DNA from: Euryarchaeota archaeon UBA181
Lineage (GTDB): Archaea; Thermoplasmatota; Poseidoniia; Poseidoniales; Thalassarchaeaceae
Direction of reading: 5' to 3'
Assembly (NCBI GenBank): GCA_002496725.1
Contig: DALI01000068.1
Coordinates: 1-54,618 of the forward strand
DNA length: 54,618 bases
Positions within the stretch are counted from its first letter, which is position 1; the number at the start of each line of letters is the position of its first letter. The notes under the pieces are model-generated. The model did no database searches, was not told the DNA's origin, and was given only the letters and a program-made list of their open reading frames with translations. Below, piece by piece: positions 17,278 to 25,686 of the stretch. A program made the position numbers and the translations under genes.

Positions 17278-18414
17278 ATGGCGGAAATGTGGATTTCTAT
17301 GGGGCCTCAGCATCCTATGACACACGGCCTCTGGACTCTAAAAATAAAGGTAGATGGAGAGACCGTCGTGGATACGGTACCAGATCTCGGATACATACAC
17401 AGGGGCGTAGAGAAGATATGCGAGTCACGTGATTTCACCCAGATTACCACTTATTGTGACAGACTGTGTTATGCGAGTGCGAACACCTGGTCCCATTCAT
17501 ACATCTATGCAGCCGAGGACCTACTTGGTGTCGAGGTTCCAGATAGAGCGGAATACATCAGACTGATTGCCGTAGAGCTACAGAGAATAGCCTCACATCT
17601 AATGTGGATGGGTGCTTATGGTCCAGATACTGGGAACCTGTCTGTACTGGTTTGGTGCCTCCGTGAGAGGGAGATGATGATGGATCTCCTCCAGGAGCTA
17701 GGAGGTTCTAGGATGCACTACAACTTTCCCAGGATTGGAGGTGTGAAGAGAGATTTACCATATGGATTCGCCCAGAGAGCCCGTTCTAAGTTGGAGTTGT
17801 TTCTCCAGAGGATACAAGAGTATGAGGCGCTATTCGATGAGAGTACAGTCTTCCTAGTTAGAACTCAGGGAGTTGGTTATGCCAAGGCTGAAGAGATGAT
17901 CAATCACGGTGTCTCAGGCCCCAATCTCAGGGCAGCTGGGGTCAACTACGATGTTAGATGGGCGCATCCGTATTCAGTTTACAGCGAACTCGATTGGGAA
18001 CCACCTGTTGAGAGGTCCTCGATAAAGGGAGCCGACTGCTATGACCGATACAGAGTCAGAGTAGAGGAAATGAGAATTAGCGCACTACTGACACTGCAGG
18101 CATTGGATAAGATGCCAGGTGGATCTGATACATACCATGAGCCTGGAGACCCGAAATTAATCTCAAAGGCCCCCAGTAGGGCACCAGAAGGCACCAGTGG
18201 GTACCATCACTTCGAGGACAGTCGGGGCGAATCCATGTTCTATATGGCCGGAGGGGGGGAAGGACGAGGAAAGTACCCCTACAGGGTATCGATAAGATCA
18301 CCTATGTTTGTCACCATTCCCTATGCTTCAAAATGTATGATTGGTTACAAGGTGGCAGATATCCCAGCAATAATGGGATCTTTCGATCCCTGTATCGGAG
18401 AAACGGATAGGTGA
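17278..18414 (+). CDS. nuoD: Complex I subunit D (49 kDa)
   Basis: MGPQHPMTHG, GYIHRGVEK and a C-terminal SFDPCIGETDR, as expected for NuoD/NiFe-hydrogenase large-subunit-like proteins. Confidence 0.95.
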   Translation: MAEMWISMGPQHPMTHGLWTLKIKVDGETVVDTVPDLGYIHRGVEKICESRDFTQITTYCDRLCYASANTWSHSYIYAAEDLLGVEVPDRAEYIRLIAVELQRIASHLMWMGAYGPDTGNLSVLVWCLREREMMMDLLQELGGSRMHYNFPRIGGVKRDLPYGFAQRARSKLELFLQRIQEYEALFDESTVFLVRTQGVGYAKAEEMINHGVSGPNLRAAGVNYDVRWAHPYSVYSELDWEPPVERSSIKGADCYDRYRVRVEEMRISALLTLQALDKMPGGSDTYHEPGDPKLISKAPSRAPEGTSGYHHFEDSRGESMFYMAGGGEGRGKYPYRVSIRSPMFVTIPYASKCMIGYKVADIPAIMGSFDPCIGETDR

Positions 18415-18418
18415 TTGA

Positions 18419-19954
18419 GTGGCAAGTAGTGATTGGCTAGACTTGAATGGTTGGCTCGGTTCTCTAGTTGGATGGTCAATGGATCAGACACATGATCTCC
18501 TCCCTGATGCTGAGTATGGACTAGGGCCAATAGGTTCAGTCAATCCCCAATCATCATTCTCTTCTATACAACCTGCATTGGAGGCCTTCTTCCACGCGTC
18601 AATAATGTGCACTGTAGTATTCACCACTCTAATGCTAACTATGCTGGCTATCCCCTACATTGAGAGGAAGTTCATTGGTCGTCTCATGGACAGGCTAGGA
18701 GCTACAACAGCCCTCAGGAGTCTTTGGGTAGGGGAGAGCGGGGTAACTGCAGGTGAATGGTGGGATCAACTTCCATTCGGAATAGGAACTCCTGTAGGAT
18801 GGGTCATCAATACTCTAAATTCGATATGGGGGAACGACCACGAACTTGAAACAATATCTAGGGTCAAAAACAGAAGCTATCATGGATACTGGTTCCTTTT
18901 GCCTGGCTTCTTCCAAGCCTTCGCCGACTTCTTCAAGTTCGCAACAAAGGAACACTTAGTCCCAAAGGACGCTGACAGGGTGGTGTTTGAGGTAGCCCCT
19001 GTGATCATTGTCTCAACGACGGTGATGGTATTTGCCTTCATTCCCTTCGGACCACATATTTATGCGGCCAACCCAGACCTTTCCCTACTTTTCATGATGG
19101 CAATTTTTGGAGTAGCCCCGCTCGGAGTCTTCTTCGCTGGGTGGTCATCCAATAACAAGTACACATTGATTGGTGGGATGAGGTCAGCCGCTCAACTCAC
19201 AGCCTATGAGATACCACTTCTAATCACCGTATTGGGAGTCGCAGTACTGAGTGGCTCGCTGAATATCATAGAGATAGTAGATTTCCAGATGGGCCAAGAG
19301 CAGGGAAATGTATGGAATCTTTTCCTAATGCCGCTAGGAGCCGCGCTTTTCCTAATCACTATGATTGCTGAGGTTGAAAGAATCCCCTTTGACATGCCTG
19401 AGGCTGAGGCTGAATTGGTAGAGGGATGGTGGACTGAGTATGGAGGAATACGCTGGGGGCTCATGTTCTCAGCTGAGTACATGAGATCATACGCCGCATG
19501 TATTCTGTTTGCACTATTCTTCCTTGGAGGATGGGAAGCACCCTTCCAACACACCCTTTCGGATATCGCATTTGTTGGAGGGGTTTTCACCACTCTCTTC
19601 AGTGTCATTCCAGGACTGGTCTGGGTACTTCTCAAGGCATGGATACTATTCGGTGTGTTCGTTTGGATCCGAGCATCATTGCATAGGGTCAGGACAGATC
19701 AAATTCTCGAATTCGGATGGAGGTATCTTCTCCCGCTATCCCTGGTAAACCTGGTGATAGCTACCTACCTAAGACTCGAGTTGTATAACGGTGGGAACTG
19801 GGACCTATGGGTTCCAGCTGTAGTTTCCACCGTTTCGCTTGTAATTTTCCTGATATACATCTTCGACGAGGATGAAGAGGCGGCTAGGTTGAAGAGTAGA
19901 CCATACAGTACTCAAGCTGTCGTCAAGGCTTCCCCTGGGAGCCATAGGGATTAG
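18419..19954 (+). CDS. nuoH: Complex I subunit H, enlarged (511 aa)
   Basis: IERKFIGRLMDR...FADFFKFATKEHLVPKDAD, YEIPLL and AEVERIPFDMPEAEAELVEGW motifs. GTG start 4 nt after an AGGTGA SD. Confidence 0.9.
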   Translation: MASSDWLDLNGWLGSLVGWSMDQTHDLLPDAEYGLGPIGSVNPQSSFSSIQPALEAFFHASIMCTVVFTTLMLTMLAIPYIERKFIGRLMDRLGATTALRSLWVGESGVTAGEWWDQLPFGIGTPVGWVINTLNSIWGNDHELETISRVKNRSYHGYWFLLPGFFQAFADFFKFATKEHLVPKDADRVVFEVAPVIIVSTTVMVFAFIPFGPHIYAANPDLSLLFMMAIFGVAPLGVFFAGWSSNNKYTLIGGMRSAAQLTAYEIPLLITVLGVAVLSGSLNIIEIVDFQMGQEQGNVWNLFLMPLGAALFLITMIAEVERIPFDMPEAEAELVEGWWTEYGGIRWGLMFSAEYMRSYAACILFALFFLGGWEAPFQHTLSDIAFVGGVFTTLFSVIPGLVWVLLKAWILFGVFVWIRASLHRVRTDQILEFGWRYLLPLSLVNLVIATYLRLELYNGGNWDLWVPAVVSTVSLVIFLIYIFDEDEEAARLKSRPYSTQAVVKASPGSHRD

Positions 19955-19963
19955 GGTGAAAAT

Positions 19964-20944
19964 ATGAAAACTGCTTATCCTGACGAATACAATACTGGCC
20001 ACCCCAGAGCAACTCCAAACTTCAGAAACCTCGTTTTGAGGCCAATGTGGATGACCATGAAAACAGCACTTCGAACCTTCCCCTTCGTTGGACGTCTCTG
20101 GTTCTTGAGGAATGACTATCACGGAAGATCAGCAATAATGATAGACAAAAATACTAGAAATAGACTAGGGGATGATCATCCAAGTACTGGACAGAAATTC
20201 GCAGCTGATAGGGAAACTAGTCAGATTATGCCTTTCCTAGAAAGGCCAGTTACCGTCATGTACCCATATGAGAGACTCGAAGATCTCGAGCCATGGCTAT
20301 TCGTTCCAGGGAACTATAACGGAAGAATCGGAGTCATCTGGGAAACGTGCACTGCATGCAAGGCATGCGTTCGCGCATGTCCCAATGACTGCTTGCACAT
20401 GACATCAGAAATCAGGGTGAACGTACTAGATACTACTGAGGAAGGAGATGAATGGCATGGCTATGGTAGTGAACTAGAGACAGGGGGTTTCGCGGCCAGG
20501 CCAAAAGAGGACCCCAGTACGGAAAACTTCGATTTGATGACCGCTCATGAAGTCGCTCCCGCAGAGTATGACTTTGCAGAGATAATTGATTTGAGCGGAG
20601 AAAAGGCGACAGTTAGGTGGATGGACGGATCAGGAATAGAGACCCTTGACTCCTCTGACCTGAAGCCAGCTGAGAAAGACATCGTCTCGGGGAGGATAGA
20701 TCTCGGAAGGTGCATGTTCTGTGGTCTTTGCATGGAGTCATGTCCTTTCGAGTCATTCTTCATGACGAACGAGTACGATGGCATGTCCGGTTTCACAAGG
20801 CAAGATCTTTGGATGGATGCTGATAGGACCAGGGTTCTACCTTCCGTACACAAAGAAAGGGTGGATATGGAACTAGCCAAGCGCGCTGAGAAAGAGAAGG
20901 CAAAGCTGGCACGGAAGGCTGCTAAGGCCGCCGCAGAGGGATAG
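19964..20944 (+). CDS. nuoI: Complex I subunit I (2x[4Fe-4S]), enlarged (326 aa)
   Basis: CTACKACVRACP and CMFCGLCMESCP cluster motifs, plus PVTVMYPYE. Confidence 0.9.
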   Translation: MKTAYPDEYNTGHPRATPNFRNLVLRPMWMTMKTALRTFPFVGRLWFLRNDYHGRSAIMIDKNTRNRLGDDHPSTGQKFAADRETSQIMPFLERPVTVMYPYERLEDLEPWLFVPGNYNGRIGVIWETCTACKACVRACPNDCLHMTSEIRVNVLDTTEEGDEWHGYGSELETGGFAARPKEDPSTENFDLMTAHEVAPAEYDFAEIIDLSGEKATVRWMDGSGIETLDSSDLKPAEKDIVSGRIDLGRCMFCGLCMESCPFESFFMTNEYDGMSGFTRQDLWMDADRTRVLPSVHKERVDMELAKRAEKEKAKLARKAAKAAAEG

Positions 20945-20946
20945 CT

Positions 20947-21216
20947 ATGAGTGTAGATTTCGAGGCCATTGTCTTTCTGATACTGGCAGTAGCTACCGTT
21001 GGGGGGGCCATTGGCTGTGTATATGGTCGCAGAGTCGCCCACTCCCTTCTCTTCCTGATGCTGACTTTCTTTGGAGTAGCGGGGATATTCGTCCTAGCCA
21101 GCGCTGAGATGCTAGCCGCTGTCCAGATTCTGGTCTATCTGGGCTCTGTCATGTTAGTGGTGCAATTCGGCGTCATGCTAACTAGAAGACAAATTCAAGA
21201 GGGTGATATCGAATGA
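20947..21216 (+). CDS. nuoJ: Complex I subunit J, N-terminal half (J1)
   Basis: AEMLAAVQILVYLGSVMLVVQFGVML matches the conserved TM3 of NuoJ. It ends in an ATGA overlap with the next ORF. Confidence 0.8.
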   Translation: MSVDFEAIVFLILAVATVGGAIGCVYGRRVAHSLLFLMLTFFGVAGIFVLASAEMLAAVQILVYLGSVMLVVQFGVMLTRRQIQEGDIE

Positions 21217-21494
21217 GGTTCCTCTCCATCCTAGCTAGAGCCGGTACTGTTGGATTCATGCTTGTTCTCCTGAGGGAGACCATGATCCACCCAATGTGGG
21301 GAAGTCCAGTATGGGGGGGGAACGCTGGACCCCCAACAAACTTCGAATTAGCGGATGCACTGTTCAATGAATGGGCTCTAGCCACCCTAGTTCTTGGGGC
21401 CTTGCTTTCTATGGCAATGATTGGGTCTTCCTACCTCGTACGTGATGAGAGGCTAGTGAACCTAGTATGGGACATGGGGGGTGATGACCAATGA
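21213..21494 (+). CDS. nuoJ: Complex I subunit J, C-terminal half (J2)
   Basis: ALFNEWALATLVLGALLSMAMIGSSYL resembles the C-terminal NuoJ helix (L-x-x-Y-x-x-P-F-E...LLL-x-A-x-IG). It is overlap-coupled on both sides (ATGA at 21213 and at 21491). Confidence 0.7.
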   Translation: MRFLSILARAGTVGFMLVLLRETMIHPMWGSPVWGGNAGPPTNFELADALFNEWALATLVLGALLSMAMIGSSYLVRDERLVNLVWDMGGDDQ

Positions 21495-21793
21495 TCGATC
21501 CTAGTTGGATAGCCGGACTCGGAGTAATCCTATTCGGCGTTGGTTTGATTGGAGTATTCACCAGAAACAATGCGATAGTGGTACTTATGTGCATAGAGGT
21601 AATGCTCAATGCGGCCAATCTCAATTTCGTAGCTGGAACCATGCACTACGGGGATGTCAATGGATGGGTATTCACGTCTATCGCTATCGCTATAGCCGCC
21701 GCTGAGGTGGCAATCGGTCTGGCAATTTTCCTCTCACTTTACAGCACACAAGAGACAATATCTCTGGATGATGCCACTACATTGAGGAACTGA
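21491..21793 (+). CDS. nuoK: Complex I subunit K
   Basis: 100 aa with three TM helices and LMCIEVMLNAANLNFVA with the conserved membrane Glu. Confidence 0.9.
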   Translation: MIDPSWIAGLGVILFGVGLIGVFTRNNAIVVLMCIEVMLNAANLNFVAGTMHYGDVNGWVFTSIAIAIAAAEVAIGLAIFLSLYSTQETISLDDATTLRN

Positions 21794-21802
21794 GGGAGAA
21801 AA

Positions 21803-24097
21803 ATGGGCGAGAATAAGAGTGAGATGGGCCTCCTAGCCTACATCATACCATTTCTCGCCGTAGTCCCGGCTCTGTACGTCATGGGGTGGGAATCTTACGA
21901 GGCATCAATCCTCATTGTTGCTGTCCCTTTCATGACTTTCCCTGTAATTCTCATAGTGGGTCAAATATACAATGGGACTGAGTATTGGAAGGATAGGCTC
22001 AAGGAGGGAGGGATACTTGCATTAGGAGCGCTAGGGGTCTCACTCTCAGCATCTCTTTGGTTGGTTTATGATTACGTAGACGCACTTCCTAACTTCGATG
22101 ATCAACAAAGCATCACTCAATGGCTCGAATGGGTCTCATTTGACCTTCTGCAGTCAGACTACACACTCACCTCGGGATCAAAAGTTCTCGGAATGGGGGT
22201 CTGGGTAGACTCGATAACTCTGATGATTCTCTTTGTAGCAACGTTCCTCTGCTTCCTAATCTGCTGGTTCAGTCTCGGATACATGAATACAGATCCCATA
22301 AACGAGAATAGAAACCATAGATTCTACGGGGAGTTTGTTCTTTTTGCCCTAGGTATGTTTGGCATGGTACTAGCTGATAACTTCCTGTGGTTGTTCATCT
22401 TCTGGGAGGTAATGGGGCTCTGCTCATATTTGTTAATAGGGTTCTACTACTGGAAAGATAGTGCTGCATACGCATCCAAGAAGGCATTCCTGACCACTAG
22501 GGTAGGGGATGTCTTCCTGATGATAGGACTCTTCATTCTCTATGACATATACGGGTCTTTAGAATTCTCAGTAATTTTCCATGACCCGTCCCTAGGTGGA
22601 ATGGTGGATTCCAACAAGCTCTTCTGGGCATTACTGATGATGTTCATTGGGGCAGTGGGCAAGTCTGCCCAGTTCCCTCTCCACGTATGGCTTCCTGATG
22701 CCATGGAGGGCCCTACTCCAGTTTCTGCTCTCATTCATGCGGCAACTATGGTTAACGCGGGCCTATATCTGGTGGCTAGGATGGTTCCTTTCGTTGATGT
22801 TGGACATCATGGAGTACCGGGCCTAGAAGATCTCGGCCTAATAGTGGCGTATGTTGGTGGAATTACTGCTTTCATGGCGGCTGCCATAGCCTTCGTTCAG
22901 AATGACATCAAGAAAGTACTAGCATACTCCACAATGAGCCAACTAGCATACATATTCACTGGTCTTGGTTCAGCACTGTGGTTTTACAATAATGACGAAC
23001 ACCACGCAGCTGTGGTGGTATTTGGGGCCTCGATGTTCCACTTGTTCAATCATGCAATGGCTAAGGGTATGCTTTTCATGGCCAGTGGATCAGTTATCCA
23101 TGAGATGCATCATGCGCACGATCATCTCCATCAAGGGGGACATGATCATGACTTTGATCCCCAAGACATGAGGAATATGGGGGGACTTGCCTCCAAGATG
23201 CCCGTTACAGCCACGGCCATGATGTTCGGCTCGATGTCAATCATAGGAATTCCACTAATCGGAGGCTTCTGGTCCAAAGAAGGAATAATTGCCGAGACCT
23301 GGCTCGCAGCCCTAGAGCACGAACCATTGATGTTCGGACCAGCTATTCTTGTCCTCCTGACAGCAGGAATGACTGGTTTCTACATGTCAAGAATGTGGTT
23401 CATGACATTTGCTGGCGAACCTAAGTCGGAAGTCGTCAATCACGTCCATGAGGAGACTCCATGGATCAAACAGCCACTTCTGATACTGACCATAGTAACT
23501 GCCTTCGGAGGATTTGGATTCGCATTACTTGGCGCCACTGGATACCTTTCATCGGCATATGACTACTCTGGCCATCTCGAGCTTCACGAGAGCACCCTCC
23601 TATCATCTATAATTGCAGAGCTGGAGCATGCATTCCTCCCAGAAAAGATGAATCTCAGAGTAGTCGGATGGATTACAATTTTCCTATCATTCATCGTAGG
23701 TCCTATCGTTGCCGCCAGGATACATGGGGGAAATCTTGCCGAAGGAGAATCATCAACACCCTTTGTCTCGTGGCTAGTCTCACTCTCTTCGAAGTTTGGA
23801 AAGCAAGATGTTAGTGACTTATCACAGTCCGAGCTCTCTGTAGCTTTACAGAACAGACTCTACTTCGATGACTTATATGAAGGCATATTGGCGAAAACCG
23901 TTGTCCCATTCTCAGAGTTCGCTGCATGGTTCGACAAGAATGTAATAGACGGTATAATCAAGCAAATAGAGTCAAAATCAGTCTTAGGATCGGTTCAGGT
24001 AAGGAGCATAACCACAGGTAGTGCCCGAGACTACATCTTGATGGCTACTATCGGTATGCTGAGTATCATAGCACTAATATGGGGGATTAACTCTTGA
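21803..24097 (+). CDS. nuoL: Complex I subunit L (antiporter-like, 764 aa)
   Basis: WEVMGLCSYLLIGFYY, KSAQFPLHVWLPDAMEGPTPVSALIHAATMV and a long C-terminal lateral-helix region. Confidence 0.95.
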   Translation: MGENKSEMGLLAYIIPFLAVVPALYVMGWESYEASILIVAVPFMTFPVILIVGQIYNGTEYWKDRLKEGGILALGALGVSLSASLWLVYDYVDALPNFDDQQSITQWLEWVSFDLLQSDYTLTSGSKVLGMGVWVDSITLMILFVATFLCFLICWFSLGYMNTDPINENRNHRFYGEFVLFALGMFGMVLADNFLWLFIFWEVMGLCSYLLIGFYYWKDSAAYASKKAFLTTRVGDVFLMIGLFILYDIYGSLEFSVIFHDPSLGGMVDSNKLFWALLMMFIGAVGKSAQFPLHVWLPDAMEGPTPVSALIHAATMVNAGLYLVARMVPFVDVGHHGVPGLEDLGLIVAYVGGITAFMAAAIAFVQNDIKKVLAYSTMSQLAYIFTGLGSALWFYNNDEHHAAVVVFGASMFHLFNHAMAKGMLFMASGSVIHEMHHAHDHLHQGGHDHDFDPQDMRNMGGLASKMPVTATAMMFGSMSIIGIPLIGGFWSKEGIIAETWLAALEHEPLMFGPAILVLLTAGMTGFYMSRMWFMTFAGEPKSEVVNHVHEETPWIKQPLLILTIVTAFGGFGFALLGATGYLSSAYDYSGHLELHESTLLSSIIAELEHAFLPEKMNLRVVGWITIFLSFIVGPIVAARIHGGNLAEGESSTPFVSWLVSLSSKFGKQDVSDLSQSELSVALQNRLYFDDLYEGILAKTVVPFSEFAAWFDKNVIDGIIKQIESKSVLGSVQVRSITTGSARDYILMATIGMLSIIALIWGINS

Positions 24098-25686
24098 TTT
24101 CTGATCCACTTACTGTAATCACCATAGTGCCTCTGGCAGTCAGCCTAGTTCTTCTGATACTCCCCAAGATTTCTGGGTCAGCTGAGGGTCTAGCTAGGGC
24201 ATCTCGGGCAATCAGTATGGGCGTCTCACTAGCTATGCTAGCAATTACGACAATGATTTTCTTTGGGGAGATAGGCAATGTGGACTGGACAGACTACAAC
24301 TCTGGTTATTCCCTAACAAATGATGCGTTTGCACTCATCCCCTCCATAGGCGTTCACTGGAAGGTGGGTGCAGATGCTCTCTCTTTCCCTATGATTTGGC
24401 TTACTACTCTATTGATACCAATATCGATGCTAGTTGAGTGGGATGCAAAGAGGGGACATCTATTCCACCCACTAATTTTGATGATGGAGGGTGCGCTGAT
24501 AGGTGTATTCGTTTCTCTTGATGTGTTCGTGTTCTACGCTTTCTGGGAACTCACCTTAGTTCCTATGTTCTTCTTGATAATGGTCTGGGGAGGGGATGAT
24601 AGAAAATATGCATCTATGAAGTTCTTCATCTATACTTTCACAGCTAGCGTGATAATGCTTATCGGTATTCTCGTGATGTATTTCTATACTCCAGATGTAG
24701 CTTCTTCAGGAACTATTACTGGACACTCTTTTGATATGGCAGTAATGATTTCCTCATCTGATTACATCCCTAGTGAGGGACTGAGGCATCTTGTTTGGAT
24801 TCTTCTTCTGATAGGATTCGCTACAAAGATGCCAAGCTTTCCGGTACATACATGGCTTCCTGATGCCCACGTTCAAGCTCCTACAGCTGGCTCTATGCTA
24901 TTGGCAGGGGTAATGCTCAAGATGGGCGCATACGGCTTCCTGAGAATTGCAGTTTCCGCATTCCCCGAGTCTACGGTTGCCTTCATCCCACTGCTAATTT
25001 TCTTAGGAATGGCAAGTCTAGTGTATGGTGCTTGGGTTTGTATGGGTCAGACCAATCTGAAGAGGATGGTAGCCTACTCTTCAGTATCTCACATGGGACT
25101 AATATTCCTAGGCATAGCTACCATGCAACCACTGGGAATCGCCGGTGCCCTATTCATGATGTTTGCTCATGGGATAATCAGTCCACTACTATTCGCAGTG
25201 GCGGGTGCCTTCAAACACCATTACCACACTCTGGAAATAGGATCTATGAGGGGAATCGCGCATCATAGTCCATGGCTCGCAGCACACATGATGCTCGGTT
25301 GGATGGCCAGTCTTGGACTACCCCTACTCGCCGGTTTCGTCGCAGAAGTTACAATCCTCATCGCTTTCTGGATGTCTTTCGGATGGTTAGTCCTGCTACC
25401 TGCGCTCACCCTAATAATTACTGCAGTCTACTATCTGACGTCAATGCAGAGAACTATTTTCGAGTCTAATGACCCTCATCAGGGAAAACTCCCTGACACT
25501 CTACACGGAGAGGAGCCTAGAGATATCACATGGCATGAAAATTCTGGAATGATTATACTAGGGGTATTTACAATTATATTCGGTATTTTCCCATTCATTT
25601 TCTGGGATATGATGTCTGAATGGAGCTCAGGATTCCTTATCGACACTCTAGTTGAAGCCATGCAATCAGAAGGGGTGAAGCCTTGA
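24094..25686 (+). CDS. nuoM: Complex I subunit M
   Basis: FYAFWELTLVPMFFLI, KMPSFPVHTWLPDAHVQAPTAGSMLLAGVMLKMG. TTG start overlapping the nuoL stop. Confidence 0.95.
   Translation: MISDPLTVITIVPLAVSLVLLILPKISGSAEGLARASRAISMGVSLAMLAITTMIFFGEIGNVDWTDYNSGYSLTNDAFALIPSIGVHWKVGADALSFPMIWLTTLLIPISMLVEWDAKRGHLFHPLILMMEGALIGVFVSLDVFVFYAFWELTLVPMFFLIMVWGGDDRKYASMKFFIYTFTASVIMLIGILVMYFYTPDVASSGTITGHSFDMAVMISSSDYIPSEGLRHLVWILLLIGFATKMPSFPVHTWLPDAHVQAPTAGSMLLAGVMLKMGAYGFLRIAVSAFPESTVAFIPLLIFLGMASLVYGAWVCMGQTNLKRMVAYSSVSHMGLIFLGIATMQPLGIAGALFMMFAHGIISPLLFAVAGAFKHHYHTLEIGSMRGIAHHSPWLAAHMMLGWMASLGLPLLAGFVAEVTILIAFWMSFGWLVLLPALTLIITAVYYLTSMQRTIFESNDPHQGKLPDTLHGEEPRDITWHENSGMIILGVFTIIFGIFPFIFWDMMSEWSSGFLIDTLVEAMQSEGVKP

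Noticed and set aside
21313-21320. Homopolymeric G tracts of 7-8 nt inside coding regions (here in nuoJ2; similar runs near 4907, 18253, 21003, 32943, 33955) as possible phase-variation or slippage sites.
   Set aside because: All lie in frame inside conserved housekeeping genes, where they encode Gly-Gly(-Gly). None coincides with a gene break. This looks like a GGG codon habit rather than contingency loci.
20947-21494. Split nuoJ as a pseudogene or frameshift error.
   Set aside because: Both halves are intact and joined by a clean ATGA overlap like other junctions in this operon. From memory, J1/J2 splits exist in other archaea. It is kept as two CDS, though read-level verification would still be useful.
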